NCBI GenBank assembly: GCA_039179045.1
Contig: JBCDEZ010000013.1
Coordinates: 1-29,691, forward strand
DNA length: 29,691 bases
Reading direction: 5' to 3'
Origin: Chlamydiota bacterium
Lineage (GTDB): Bacteria > Chlamydiota > Chlamydiia > Chlamydiales > SM23-39
Part shown: one piece after another, positions 18,695 to 28,372 of the stretch
Layout of the letters: each line of letters opens with the position of its first letter
How positions within the stretch are numbered: position 1 is the stretch's first letter
The notes under the pieces: generated by a model
Told to the model about the DNA's origin: nothing
What the model saw: only the letters and a program-made list of their open reading frames with translations
Databases searched by the model: none
Translations under genes and position numbers: made by a program

Positions 18695-18745
18695 TTGTAA
18701 ATGGGTCATCTCACAGCATAGAATTCATGATAAATCAATAAGGAG
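18695..18745 (+). promoter_or_regulatory. Putative sigma66 promoter and RBS of slc1
   Basis: TTGTAA (18695-18700), 18-nt spacer, TAGAAT (18719-18724); AAGGAG at 18740-18745. Confidence 0.4.
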
Positions 18746-18751
18746 TCTCGT

Positions 18752-19327
18752 ATGTCTTACGAAAATGCAAAAGCGAATCTGCTCGCTTTTGGTAAGGAAT
18801 TGAATTTAGAGGGTTTAAAATTTGACGAGAACAATACGTGTATACTGGGTATTGATAATGTCTTTTCTTTACATCTCACCTATGAACCGAATTCAGACCG
18901 TCTGTATCTTTACTCGCCAATTATTGACGGCTTACCAAGAGACGATAAGATCCGCTTGAAACTTTACGAAAGACTACTGGAAGGTTCTATGCTTGGAGGC
19001 CAGATGGCAGGCGGCGGCGTCGGTGTGGCAGTAAAAGAAGAGTTGATTTTGATGCATTGCTTTATTGAAATGGGCCTTGGGGTTGATGAAAATGCTCTGC
19101 GTCGATTCGCTCCTCTTTTCGTAGAGACGGTGGAAAAATGGAGAGAGATTGTCAAGAAGATCTGTGATGGTCAAGAGCCCGATCCTTTCGAATTGCCGAT
19201 TCCTCCTCAGATGCGCGATCAAATGAATCGCAATAATCCAGGTGGCCCTTCTTTCCCTGGAAACAAGCCTCCGGGGGGCAAACCTCCAGGCAACAAGCCA
19301 GGCGATGAGAAATACATCAAGATTTGA
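18752..19327 (+). CDS. slc1: CesT-family type III secretion chaperone (Slc1 / CT043 homologue)
   Basis: FDENNTCIL.ID..FSLHLTYE..SDRLY.Y.P..DGLP and LLEGSMLGGQMAGGGVGVA match recalled chlamydial Slc1; strong RBS. Confidence 0.9.
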   Translation: MSYENAKANLLAFGKELNLEGLKFDENNTCILGIDNVFSLHLTYEPNSDRLYLYSPIIDGLPRDDKIRLKLYERLLEGSMLGGQMAGGGVGVAVKEELILMHCFIEMGLGVDENALRRFAPLFVETVEKWREIVKKICDGQEPDPFELPIPPQMRDQMNRNNPGGPSFPGNKPPGGKPPGNKPGDEKYIKI

Positions 19328-19346
19328 TCTGGAAAAGATCGCGGAG

Positions 19347-19373
19347 ACCCGCCTTTTAGGCGGGTTTTTTTTT
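19347..19373 (+). terminator. Rho-independent terminator of slc1, overlapping the dnaA 3' end
   Basis: ACCCGCCT-TTT-AGGCGGGT stem-loop followed by a T run. Confidence 0.85.
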
Positions 19374-20624
19374 GCTTTTTTTCTCTAGAGATTTTTCTAT
19401 CTCTTGCATGACGTGAGGAGAAGTATTTTCAATATCGCGGACTCCGCTGATGATCGTGGAATGGTTTCTAGAGAAAATGTCCCCGATCTGCTTCCAAGTC
19501 AGGGCTATCTTAGTACGTATGAAGTAGGTCGCAATTTTCCGAGCGAATGAGACATGCGCTTTCTGGTTTTTCCCCATAATGTCTTTTTGTGGGATCCGCA
19601 AAGTCTCGCTTACCACTTCCAAGATATCTGCTACGGTAAGCTTTTTTTCCTGTTCCTTTTTCCAAAGATCTGCCAGAACCTCTTCCGCTTTTTTCCCTCC
19701 GTCTGGAGTGCGTAGCATCAGCGCCTCAAAAGCAGTATAAAGGGATGTCGGGGTGGTGAAGGTTTCCACCAGAAATGATAAGCAACCTTCTTTTAAAGGA
19801 AAGCCGAGCGTTTGGGATTTTCTGCGTAGAATTTCCTCTATATCTTTCCGTTCAGGGTGGGTCAGCTTCAAGGTAATACCCCATTCGAACCGGGAAGTGA
19901 GTCGCGGTTCGACTTCCACGAGCTCATGAGGAGGAAATCGAGAAGAGAGAAGGATCCGTTTTTTCTTCGCGTGTAGTGCATTGAAGGTATGGAAGACCTC
20001 TTCTTGAGTCGTCTTTTTGCGCCCAAGAATATGGACGTCTTCTAGAATCAGAACATCTGCGGATCTGTAACGATCTCGAAATGGTTGCATATTGCCCCAC
20101 TGGATAGCGCGTACTACGTGGCGGGTAAAGGTTTCTGCACGCACATACAATACCCGATAGCCTGCGGATAAAAATCGGTGTGCCGCCGCCATTAGGAGAT
20201 GCGTTTTTCCGCAGCTTTCAGGCCCGTGGAGAAAAATGGGGTTGTAACAAGAAGACTCCTCGCTGTCTTCGAGTATGCTATAGGTCAGTCGGTTTTCTTC
20301 AGTGATATGGAATGAGGAGAATTGGTGTCCTTGCAAGAGGGGATCGGGATCCCATGGCTGATTTCCAACATTTGGCTGACAGCGGGTAGGGGCTTGAGGC
20401 AAGAGCAGATGTACTTGTACCGATCGGTCACTGCCGTTTTTGAGCTTTTTTGTGTGCTTTCGTACATGCTGTTCGAACCAGTGGATATGAAATGCGTCAG
20501 CAGCTTTGAGATAAATATTGCGTGCATCGAACCGCACAACTTCTAAAGAGCGGAGCCAACGATCGGTATTTTCCCTTCCCAAAAGAGGTTCCAATTCGTG
20601 GAGGAAAGATTCCCACAGCTTCAT
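19356..20624 (-). CDS. dnaA: Chromosomal replication initiator DnaA, divergent yidC-linked paralogue
   Basis: YNPIFLHGPESCGKTHL (Walker A), ILEDVH (Walker B), TQEEVFHTFNAL, RLTSRFEWG, domain IV ARKIATY...IGDIFSRNHSTI. Confidence 0.92.
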   Translation of the reverse strand: MKLWESFLHELEPLLGRENTDRWLRSLEVVRFDARNIYLKAADAFHIHWFEQHVRKHTKKLKNGSDRSVQVHLLLPQAPTRCQPNVGNQPWDPDPLLQGHQFSSFHITEENRLTYSILEDSEESSCYNPIFLHGPESCGKTHLLMAAAHRFLSAGYRVLYVRAETFTRHVVRAIQWGNMQPFRDRYRSADVLILEDVHILGRKKTTQEEVFHTFNALHAKKKRILLSSRFPPHELVEVEPRLTSRFEWGITLKLTHPERKDIEEILRRKSQTLGFPLKEGCLSFLVETFTTPTSLYTAFEALMLRTPDGGKKAEEVLADLWKKEQEKKLTVADILEVVSETLRIPQKDIMGKNQKAHVSFARKIATYFIRTKIALTWKQIGDIFSRNHSTIISGVRDIENTSPHVMQEIEKSLEKKSKKKPA

Positions 20625-20637
20625 CCGTGCCAGTTGT

Positions 20638-22974
20638 TCAAGATTTTTTCAGATCCGATTCCTTAGGTCGAAAACGGTACATACAATACTGCTGCAAGAT
20701 ACCAAAGATACTGGAAAAAATCCAATAGAGATTCAGGCCGGAGGGAAAATGGTAGAAGGCAATAGCAAGACCTACTACCATGACTTTTCCAAGCATTTTT
20801 TGCTGTTGCTGTTGCTCTGTAAGCGGTCCCTCGTCGGCTCCTGAAATCACCATGGTGAATTTTTGTTGCAGAAAGGTCACAAGCGCAAAAATAACGGGAA
20901 GTAGATGGAAGTTTGTTCCAAAATAGAAGAGCGGATAGTGCCAGCTAAATAGAACATCTGGTGCGGCCAAATTGTCGATCCAACCTGGTATGAAAGAGGC
21001 GCCACGCAGATCAAAAGAAGATTTCAATAGATCCAACATCCCCAAAAGAAAGGGCATCTGTATGAAAGCGGGAAAGCACCCCATGAACGGATTGTATCCC
21101 GTCTCCTTGTAGAGTTTCATCATCTCCATTTGCGCTTTTTCAGGCTGGTTTTTGTATTTTTCCTGAATCTTTTTTGCCTGTGGCATGATCGTGCGATTGC
21201 GTTGCCCCACTCGAAAAGACCAAGCATTTAGGGGATAAAGGACTAGACGCATCACTACCGTGAGCAAAATAATCGAAAGGCCCCAGGAATGAGTTGCTGC
21301 ATGAAACAGACGCATGAGAAGGAACAGGAAATGGGAAAAAGGAGCAGAAATGAAAGAGAACCATCCGTGAGAACTTTGTGCCTTGGTGTACTCAGGGTTC
21401 CCTCTATTCGCCTCGATCAGAGTCTGATCAATTTTTTGGAGGGTGTCTGCTTCAAAAGGACCGGCAAAGATCCGAAACTCCGCGCGGTTCTTTGCTGGAA
21501 AAGGAGCGCTCAGTAAGTAGCCTGGGTACCTACTTGCCGGATGCAAATTGTACGCAGAATCAATCAGAGTCATCCTTGTACAGGCTTCTTTACCAGGCAC
21601 GGCAGTAGCCTTGATTGCATCTGCCTGATAGCTCAAAGGATCCATGATGACCCCGAAAAAGCCATTTGAATTGACGGTCCATTGCGGTACAATCCCTTCG
21701 GGCAAGACAGTGGGGGCCGCTTCGTCTAACTTAGGCAAAGAGATCTGGTGCACCTGCTTTTGCCCGTTCTTTCTTGTCAGGTATTTTAAAGCTGGAGAAA
21801 AATAGCCGGATACCAGCTCGACTTCGGGTATGCCAGAGCTGAGCAACAGTTTGTCAGGGGCTCCCTCTACTTCCACAGTGAGGAAAAATACGTAGGGAAG
21901 AGCCTCGGGATCATCGGGCAGGAAGTAGCGTTTGATGATTTTGCGCCGAGATCCGGTAGAACGAAATTCGATCAAGCTCTTTTCAAAGCGGGTCACCTCG
22001 TAGAGCTCGGGGATCTCCCCAGATTCTTGAAGCGAGCAGCAGTAATATTGGGGTGCGATTTCATGCAATACCGCTCCCCCTTTTCCCAAGATATTCCGTC
22101 GTAAAAGTGGATAGTAAGAGCCCTCTTTGGGATTTTTCGTTACAGTAGTACCTTCCTCGATTACTCTATAAGGAGCAGTGGGGAACAGGTCGTTTTCGGG
22201 GTGGTTTGCTTGCATAGAGCGATCCACATCGATTTTTTGTACCACACTTTTTGTGTTTTTCCCCTCTTTGAAAGGGAGGTTGATTTCCGCTAAAGAGCCG
22301 CCCTCAGGGGAAAAAACAAGCATTTGATAGGCATTTTCCAAAACATACAGAGGGTAGGGGGCCTTTTTTTTGACCTCTACTTCATTTGCAAGGCGAAAAT
22401 ATTCTTGTGTAGCGCGCACCTTTTGGTATCGCGCGTCGAACATGCCTATAAACTCACACGCTTTATTGAATACAAACCCATCTTCCAGTACATCTTGCGC
22501 GGTCAAGATCTCTCCACGAACCTTTCTTGCCGCAGTCAGAGTAGGAGTAGTTTCTCCCTCTTTTTGATGGGCAATATAGCAAAGCCCTCCTTCTTGCAGG
22601 TCAAGTTTTTCTATCTGCAACTTGTTCTTATTGGTCCTGTAGACCACAGGTTCCTTGGTCTCATTTACATAAGAGAGGAACGCTTGGGTTTTTCCGATCT
22701 GCAAGCTCTGCGGCATAGGTACGTTTGTGGCAAGGGTGAGCGCATTGCCGTCGATATCTACTCCCAGAATTTTGCTACCCCCAGAAGGTATGAGTTGAAT
22801 CAAGGGGAAATCTTGTATGGAGGGAAGCGTCTCCAAATTTTTGAGCTGTGCTTGTACTGACTCTTTCCAAGCGGTTTTTCCAGAATCGAACTCTACACTG
22901 GGAGAAAAATACTGGTTGATGAGTAAAGTAGTGACAAAGATACAGAAAAAGAGTTTCCAGGATCGTCTATCCAT
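20638..22974 (-). CDS. yidC: Membrane protein insertase YidC, long chlamydial form
   Basis: WGLSIILLTVVMRLVLYPL, KIQEKYK, LYKE.GYNPF.GCFP.FIQMP, WIDNLAAPD, FPSGLNLYW; large periplasmic domain. Confidence 0.96.
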   Translation of the reverse strand: MDRRSWKLFFCIFVTTLLINQYFSPSVEFDSGKTAWKESVQAQLKNLETLPSIQDFPLIQLIPSGGSKILGVDIDGNALTLATNVPMPQSLQIGKTQAFLSYVNETKEPVVYRTNKNKLQIEKLDLQEGGLCYIAHQKEGETTPTLTAARKVRGEILTAQDVLEDGFVFNKACEFIGMFDARYQKVRATQEYFRLANEVEVKKKAPYPLYVLENAYQMLVFSPEGGSLAEINLPFKEGKNTKSVVQKIDVDRSMQANHPENDLFPTAPYRVIEEGTTVTKNPKEGSYYPLLRRNILGKGGAVLHEIAPQYYCCSLQESGEIPELYEVTRFEKSLIEFRSTGSRRKIIKRYFLPDDPEALPYVFFLTVEVEGAPDKLLLSSGIPEVELVSGYFSPALKYLTRKNGQKQVHQISLPKLDEAAPTVLPEGIVPQWTVNSNGFFGVIMDPLSYQADAIKATAVPGKEACTRMTLIDSAYNLHPASRYPGYLLSAPFPAKNRAEFRIFAGPFEADTLQKIDQTLIEANRGNPEYTKAQSSHGWFSFISAPFSHFLFLLMRLFHAATHSWGLSIILLTVVMRLVLYPLNAWSFRVGQRNRTIMPQAKKIQEKYKNQPEKAQMEMMKLYKETGYNPFMGCFPAFIQMPFLLGMLDLLKSSFDLRGASFIPGWIDNLAAPDVLFSWHYPLFYFGTNFHLLPVIFALVTFLQQKFTMVISGADEGPLTEQQQQQKMLGKVMVVGLAIAFYHFPSGLNLYWIFSSIFGILQQYCMYRFRPKESDLKKS

Positions 22975-23107
22975 GAAGAAGCGTGCCTACGTAGTTGAGA
23001 GTTTCAATACAACATAGCAAACAATGAATAAAAATGAAATTCGAGAAACAGCAACGAAGCCCAAAAAAGAATCAGAAAAAGTAGGGAATCCACAACAAGA
23101 AAGTGGC

Positions 23108-25099
23108 TTACAATGGTCTATTTTCCAAATGATAGAGAAATTGGGAAAAGTGGGACGTTTTTCGCAGCGGTTCTAGCCAATCGTCGGCAACGAGCTCGTT
23201 GACAGGAGGAAGAGTATCTCGCTCTTTTGCCATTTCCAAAAGATGCATCGCATCGGTAAATCTTCCCATCAAAGAATAAAGACAAGCGAGATGGTAAAAA
23301 GCGTGTTCGGAGCCAAGAGCACCTGCCTTACGCAGTTTTTCTTCTGCCTCGACGTAGATAGACCACTCTTTTTGCCTATCGTAATGCAGGTGAGCATATT
23401 GAATCAGACTCAAGCCCCAATCGAGCCAGGTCTCTTGCCCTTCTTCATCTTGCTCGGCTGCTCTACGGAAGTAGTGAAATGCCTTTTTATAAAGAGTCGT
23501 ATCCGAAGAGAAATCTGCGAGCTGGAAAAAGCATGTGGCGAGCTTACGGTGGATATGAGGAAAATCGGGTTCGATCAGAAGAACTTGCCAAAAAACTTCG
23601 ACACTACGCAGGAAAGTAGGCTCGTTGGAAGACAAATCTCCGAGTGTGTACAAGGCAGATGCATATTGGTAGAGCCATTTGGGGTGATACAAAAGAGCAT
23701 CTTTCTGTAAGCGGAAGAGCGTCTCAAAGGCCTCGCAGCTTGCTTGGGCATGATCGGAGCTTTCGAGAAGCTCCGCCTGCTCTAAGAAATTGCAGGCCCG
23801 GTCGAAGATCACTTCAGGACAAGAGGGCTTCAAACAAAGGGTTTTTGCATAGAATTTCTCCGCAAGAGCGAGGAGCTTTTTATCTGAGAAATACGATCCT
23901 AGCCTACCGTGGAAAAGGGCTTTCACGTGCCAAAGCTCTGCAACCGAAGAGTCGATAGATAGGCCTTCTTGAATCTTCTCGAGAGCGAAGTCGTAGAATG
24001 CAGGGTCTTCGTAGTAAACCGCTTGAGCTCCTAGACAGATCGCATACGCATACCAAAGCTCTGGCATATCGGGAAATTTTGTAGTTGCCTTGATGACCTT
24101 ATTTTCCGCTTCGATCAACAGATCGTGTCTTGAAGAGAGCGCGCCTAACAAAGAAAGGGACTCAACCCATTGTCCGATAATCCTAGGGTCGTTGGGAGAG
24201 AGACTATGAGCCAGCACGCATTTTTCGACAGCAAGACGAAATTTTTTCACGTCTTGACGCACCTTTCCCGACTCGTGTAAGACGATAGCCCAATCCAGCC
24301 ACAGATCTTCATTCATCTCATCATGCTTGCAAGCATTTTGGTAGTGCAAGCTTGCTCGCTTGCAGTACTCCTCGGAGCAGGTGTTGATATAAAGCTCCTT
24401 GTATGAGGAAGCTGATAGATACCAAGCGAGAGCGTTTTGGGGATCTTTTTTTAGCGCTTTTGCGAAATGTTCAACGGCTTGCAAATAGTGCCGGTTGTCA
24501 TTAATGAAAAGCCCCATTTGGTAATAGGCTCTTCCAAACGCGATCCAAAAACCAGCCGCAGGATCTTTTTGGTATCGGAGTGCGCTTCGGAAAGAGTCGA
24601 TGGCATAGCAAAGATCGATTGCTTCCCCCGACTTCTCAGCGAGTAGAGTCTCCAAAGAACCGATCTGGCTATAGAAATCTGCAAGGACGCTCTTATCTTG
24701 CGAAGAGGATTTCTCTCTAGCGATCTGGTATTTTGCATAAGCCGCAGGAAAATATTGAGGATCTCCTGCGTACTCGCCTAGGGTTGCGAGTAGATTTCCC
24801 CAGAAATAGAACAAAGAAAAATCTTGAGGGGCGCTTTTCGCGGCACCTTTCAAAATTTTTAGGGCAAGCTGCAGTGAAGATACATCTTTCGCCTCCCGTC
24901 CTTGATGGTAGAGTTCCAACGCTTTTTGTAAGCCTGTTCTATACGCATTTTTTTCTGCAGGATCGGAAAGGCTACCAGAAAAAGGAAAATCTTTTTTTGC
25001 AAAAGGAGAGGGAGAAAGGGAAAAACTATTTTCTAAAATATCCGATGAAAAATCAAAAGAAAAAAAGGGGGTAGCATGTCCCATAGATGATGTCCTCAC
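23108..25099 (-). CDS. Tetratricopeptide repeat protein
   Basis: Many TPR-like helices (FWIAFGRAYYQMG, ALKKDPQNALAWY, LWLDWA, TWLDWGLSL, AFYHLACLYSLMG). Start is GTG 25099 or ATG 25084. Confidence 0.85.
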   Translation of the reverse strand: MRTSSMGHATPFFSFDFSSDILENSFSLSPSPFAKKDFPFSGSLSDPAEKNAYRTGLQKALELYHQGREAKDVSSLQLALKILKGAAKSAPQDFSLFYFWGNLLATLGEYAGDPQYFPAAYAKYQIAREKSSSQDKSVLADFYSQIGSLETLLAEKSGEAIDLCYAIDSFRSALRYQKDPAAGFWIAFGRAYYQMGLFINDNRHYLQAVEHFAKALKKDPQNALAWYLSASSYKELYINTCSEEYCKRASLHYQNACKHDEMNEDLWLDWAIVLHESGKVRQDVKKFRLAVEKCVLAHSLSPNDPRIIGQWVESLSLLGALSSRHDLLIEAENKVIKATTKFPDMPELWYAYAICLGAQAVYYEDPAFYDFALEKIQEGLSIDSSVAELWHVKALFHGRLGSYFSDKKLLALAEKFYAKTLCLKPSCPEVIFDRACNFLEQAELLESSDHAQASCEAFETLFRLQKDALLYHPKWLYQYASALYTLGDLSSNEPTFLRSVEVFWQVLLIEPDFPHIHRKLATCFFQLADFSSDTTLYKKAFHYFRRAAEQDEEGQETWLDWGLSLIQYAHLHYDRQKEWSIYVEAEEKLRKAGALGSEHAFYHLACLYSLMGRFTDAMHLLEMAKERDTLPPVNELVADDWLEPLRKTSHFSQFLYHLENRPL

Positions 25100-25192
25100 T
25101 TACCAAACGGTCCCAAGAAACCATGCGCTTTCCCTACTCATTATAAGGTAGAAAACACATTTTCCACAAACCGATTTTAGGACGACTGTAAC

Positions 25193-26524
25193 TCAATAAA
25201 ATTTTCCTTGTAAAGAAGAAATACTCCCGTTTTCCAAGAAAATTTGATCGGGAATTTTATAAGAAGAAAGGATCTTTCGTAAGGATTTTTTGATTGCTTC
25301 TTCATTGAAATCCGTAGCTCTTACAACAGCGATAGGGCGCATGCCATATTCGGGATCGGGTCTTGGTAGCACCTTCGCCGATTGCACGCCTGGAAGGCTT
25401 TCTAATGCTTTTTCGATTTCTGCGGGTTGGATATTTTCTCCGCCAGAAATGAACTGACGATCCTTTCTGCCGAAGATCCATATGCGACCTTGCTCATCGA
25501 TCTTGGCTGTATCTTTAGTAGGAAACCAAACTTCTGGAGGAAGAGACTTGGGATAGTACCCTAAAAAGCGTGTTTTTCCCTGCACATAGAGTTCCTCACC
25601 TTCGATTTGTACTCTTGCATTTTCGTGTGCTTTTCCAAAACAGACTCCTCCACCCTCGCGCAGCAGATAGCGCGTGCTGCAAACGTGCGAGCTCATTTCA
25701 GTCAAGCCGTAGGTGTAGAGCATGGGCAAAGAACGCTCTTTGCAGGCAATTTCTAAAGAGGGAGGAATCGGGCCGCCACCTACAAATCCACATTTGAGAT
25801 TCTCTGTGTAAGGAGCCTGCAAAAACCTACGCAAAGTTGTGGCAACAAATGAACAGTGCGTCACACTCTTAAGAGCATCTATCGCGCTAGGCAAGCAGAG
25901 CGCTGCGCCTTGCAAAAGAGCGCGGAAAATGATGCCTATCCCGGCGACATGATACAAAGGCATCGAAAGGAGCCAAGTATCTCCCGGTTCGAGAGGAATC
26001 TCGGTTTGTGAAGCCAAAGCGCTGTAAAGGTGGTTGTCGCTACTATGTGCCGCGAGTTTTGGTGCACTTGTTGTTCCCGAGGTGAGTAGGAGTGTAAGCG
26101 GGTTTTGTTTTAAAAGCTCCCCTGAAGGAGGGGGAGCGTCCCGTTCGATACGCAAAAAACGTTCGCGTATGGATGTAGAGTTCTTGAGAGATCCTTCTGT
26201 TACTATATGGGATACGGGTAGTTTGTCGAGCTGCTTTTTGATGAAGAAGGGGGGAAGGTAGCGATTGAGAAGAAAAAGGGTCACCTCCTCGTGGACACAG
26301 GCAAGAAGAAGGGCAATCGTTTCCGGACAGACAGGAGCATCTAAGGTAAAAATCGGCAATTTAGGATCTCTAAGCGAAGAGAGCTGTTTTTTATACAGTT
26401 CAACCTTTTCTCCCAATTGTGCGTAGGTATAAGTGCCCCGCACTGTTTTGAGAGCGCTCTTGTGGGAATATGCGCGAAAAGCTTCTTGGAGATGATCTGA
26501 GAGGGTTCGCATGATTTTTCTCAT
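25193..26524 (-). CDS. menE: o-succinylbenzoate-CoA ligase
   Basis: ANL motifs LTSGTTSAPK, PLYHVAG, TYGLTEMSS, TKD, GRKDRQFISGGENIQP.EIE, YKIP; lies in the men cluster. Confidence 0.88.
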   Translation of the reverse strand: MRKIMRTLSDHLQEAFRAYSHKSALKTVRGTYTYAQLGEKVELYKKQLSSLRDPKLPIFTLDAPVCPETIALLLACVHEEVTLFLLNRYLPPFFIKKQLDKLPVSHIVTEGSLKNSTSIRERFLRIERDAPPPSGELLKQNPLTLLLTSGTTSAPKLAAHSSDNHLYSALASQTEIPLEPGDTWLLSMPLYHVAGIGIIFRALLQGAALCLPSAIDALKSVTHCSFVATTLRRFLQAPYTENLKCGFVGGGPIPPSLEIACKERSLPMLYTYGLTEMSSHVCSTRYLLREGGGVCFGKAHENARVQIEGEELYVQGKTRFLGYYPKSLPPEVWFPTKDTAKIDEQGRIWIFGRKDRQFISGGENIQPAEIEKALESLPGVQSAKVLPRPDPEYGMRPIAVVRATDFNEEAIKKSLRKILSSYKIPDQIFLENGSISSLQGKFY

Positions 26525-26574
26525 CTATTCAGGCACTCCACTTGGACTCTTTCAATCAACAAACACCAAAGAAA

Positions 26575-27435
26575 CTACTGGATTACGATCCAATAATTGA
26601 TGAGTAGTGTATACGCCCATAAAAAGTACCCAGTTTGCATCAATAATGGATGGTAGAGTAAAGGCTCTTGAAAGGCTTTTCGTACAAGGGATAAAGCGAT
26701 CAAAAAAAGAGGCGCAGCAAACAGGAGAAATGAAGGGTAAAAATAGAGAGGAATGAAGCAGGGTAAGAGCATGCATGCCGAGTACTCTATTTTGCCAAAG
26801 CGATTTCCCAAGCGCACCACCAATGTATTTTTTCCGCACTTAGCGTCTTGCATCTGATCGCGTAGATTGTTTACTACCAATAGAGCGCAAGAAAGCAACC
26901 CTGTGCTGCAGCCAAGTCCGAAGGCTTCTAAAGCAACAACTTCTGTCTGAATAAAATAAGATATTCCCGACGCCACAGGACCAAAAAACACCATGACCAG
27001 CAGCTCGCCGAGGCCCATATATCCCAAAGGACAAGGGCCCGCAGTATACAAGATACCAAGGGTGATCGATAAAGCTCCTAAAAGAAAAAGCCATCCTCCT
27101 ATCTTGAGGCTCATCCAGCAAGCGATCAAAAAAGCGCATGCAAAGAGAAAAAAAAAGGCAAAACGCACTTCATGCATGGGAAGCAGTTGTGCTTGGCAAA
27201 CGCGCAAGGGTCCCAATCTTTCACTTGTATCGGCGCCTTTGATGCAGTCAAAATAATCATTCGACAAATTGGTTCCTATCTGGACAAGCAAAGCGAAAAG
27301 AAGGGTCAATAAGAATAGAAACCAAGAAAAAGAACCATACTTACAGGCCAAGCAAGAGGCGATGAGAACAGGACTAATACTAGCCACAAGAGTATTGATC
27401 CTAAACGCCTGAATCCAGGCCTGGATATAGGTCAT
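26575..27435 (-). CDS. menA: 1,4-dihydroxy-2-naphthoate polyprenyltransferase
   Basis: QIGTNLSNDYFD..KGADT..RLGP.R, YTAGP.PLGY.GLGE, VVNNLRD...D...GKNTLVVRLG. Confidence 0.95.
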   Translation of the reverse strand: MTYIQAWIQAFRINTLVASISPVLIASCLACKYGSFSWFLFLLTLLFALLVQIGTNLSNDYFDCIKGADTSERLGPLRVCQAQLLPMHEVRFAFFFLFACAFLIACWMSLKIGGWLFLLGALSITLGILYTAGPCPLGYMGLGELLVMVFFGPVASGISYFIQTEVVALEAFGLGCSTGLLSCALLVVNNLRDQMQDAKCGKNTLVVRLGNRFGKIEYSACMLLPCFIPLYFYPSFLLFAAPLFLIALSLVRKAFQEPLLYHPLLMQTGYFLWAYTLLINYWIVIQ

Positions 27436-27438
27436 GCA

Positions 27439-28248
27439 TTACCCTTGTTTCGCGAATTTTGCAAAATCAGGCTTTCTTTTTTCGTTGAATGCATCCCTTC
27501 CTTCTTGAGCCTCTTCCGTCATGTAGTAAAGGCGCGTCAAATTCCCTGCAAGCACCTGCAATCCAGTACCGTCACATTCAGCTTGGAAACTTGCTTTCAA
27601 GCAGCGCAGCGCGGTAGGGGAGTGGACTAAAAGCTCTCGGCAGATATCAATTGTTCTCTCTTCCAAGTCCTCGACAGACACAACTTCATTCACGAGGCCC
27701 ATATCATAAGCCTGTTTTGCCGTATACTGGCGACACAAGAACCAAATTTCTCGCGCTTTTTTCTGCCCTACGATTCTTGCAAGATAAGAGGCGCCGTAAC
27801 CACCATCAAAAGAGCCTACCTTAGGACCTGTTTGGCCAAATACGGCATTGTCTGCTGCGATCGTCAGGTCGCAAATTACATGCAGAACGTGCCCTCCGCC
27901 AATTGCGTAGCCTGCAACCATAGCAATCACAGGTTTTGGGCAAGTGCAAATCAGTCGCTGTAGTTCGAGTACATTGAGACAATCTACTCCATCTTGATTG
28001 CGGTATCCAGAGCTACCCCGTATCTTTTGGTCTCCTCCAGAACAAAACGCCTTCGTGCCCTCTCCAGTAAGAACAATCACCCCAACAGAGGGGTCTCTCT
28101 CAGCAGCGCGCATGGCATCGATCATCTCTGTAACAGTTAGAGGGCGAAATGCGTTGCGCACCTCAGGTCGGTTGATGACAATTTTTCCGATGCCATCAAA
28201 AAACTCATACCGTATGTCATTGTAATTCTCTTTCTGTATCCACTGCAT
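27439..28248 (-). CDS. menB: 1,4-dihydroxy-2-naphthoyl-CoA synthase
   Basis: [70 protein letters not shown] before ATG 28248. Confidence 0.98.
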   Translation of the reverse strand: MQWIQKENYNDIRYEFFDGIGKIVINRPEVRNAFRPLTVTEMIDAMRAAERDPSVGVIVLTGEGTKAFCSGGDQKIRGSSGYRNQDGVDCLNVLELQRLICTCPKPVIAMVAGYAIGGGHVLHVICDLTIAADNAVFGQTGPKVGSFDGGYGASYLARIVGQKKAREIWFLCRQYTAKQAYDMGLVNEVVSVEDLEERTIDICRELLVHSPTALRCLKASFQAECDGTGLQVLAGNLTRLYYMTEEAQEGRDAFNEKRKPDFAKFAKQG

Positions 28249-28372
28249 TGCCAATCCTTATTGGGTTTGTTTCCATTCAAAATAGAGCCGATTCTTTCAC
28301 ATCGGGGATTTTTTTCCTAGTACCACACGTGCGACTTTTTATGACAAGACACCCTCTTGAGCAAAAAGCTCC

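Noticed and set aside
8068..25168. DnaA-box-like 9-mers (TTATCCACA 8068, TTATTCACA 14762 and 15079, TTTTCCACA 25160) as oriC
   Set aside because: They are scattered, partly inside CDSs, and do not cluster next to dnaA or an AT-rich unwinding element.
28288..28315. Small hairpin CCGAT/ATCGG between menG and menB
   Set aside because: Only a 5-bp stem, and the T-run is on the strand opposite the genes.
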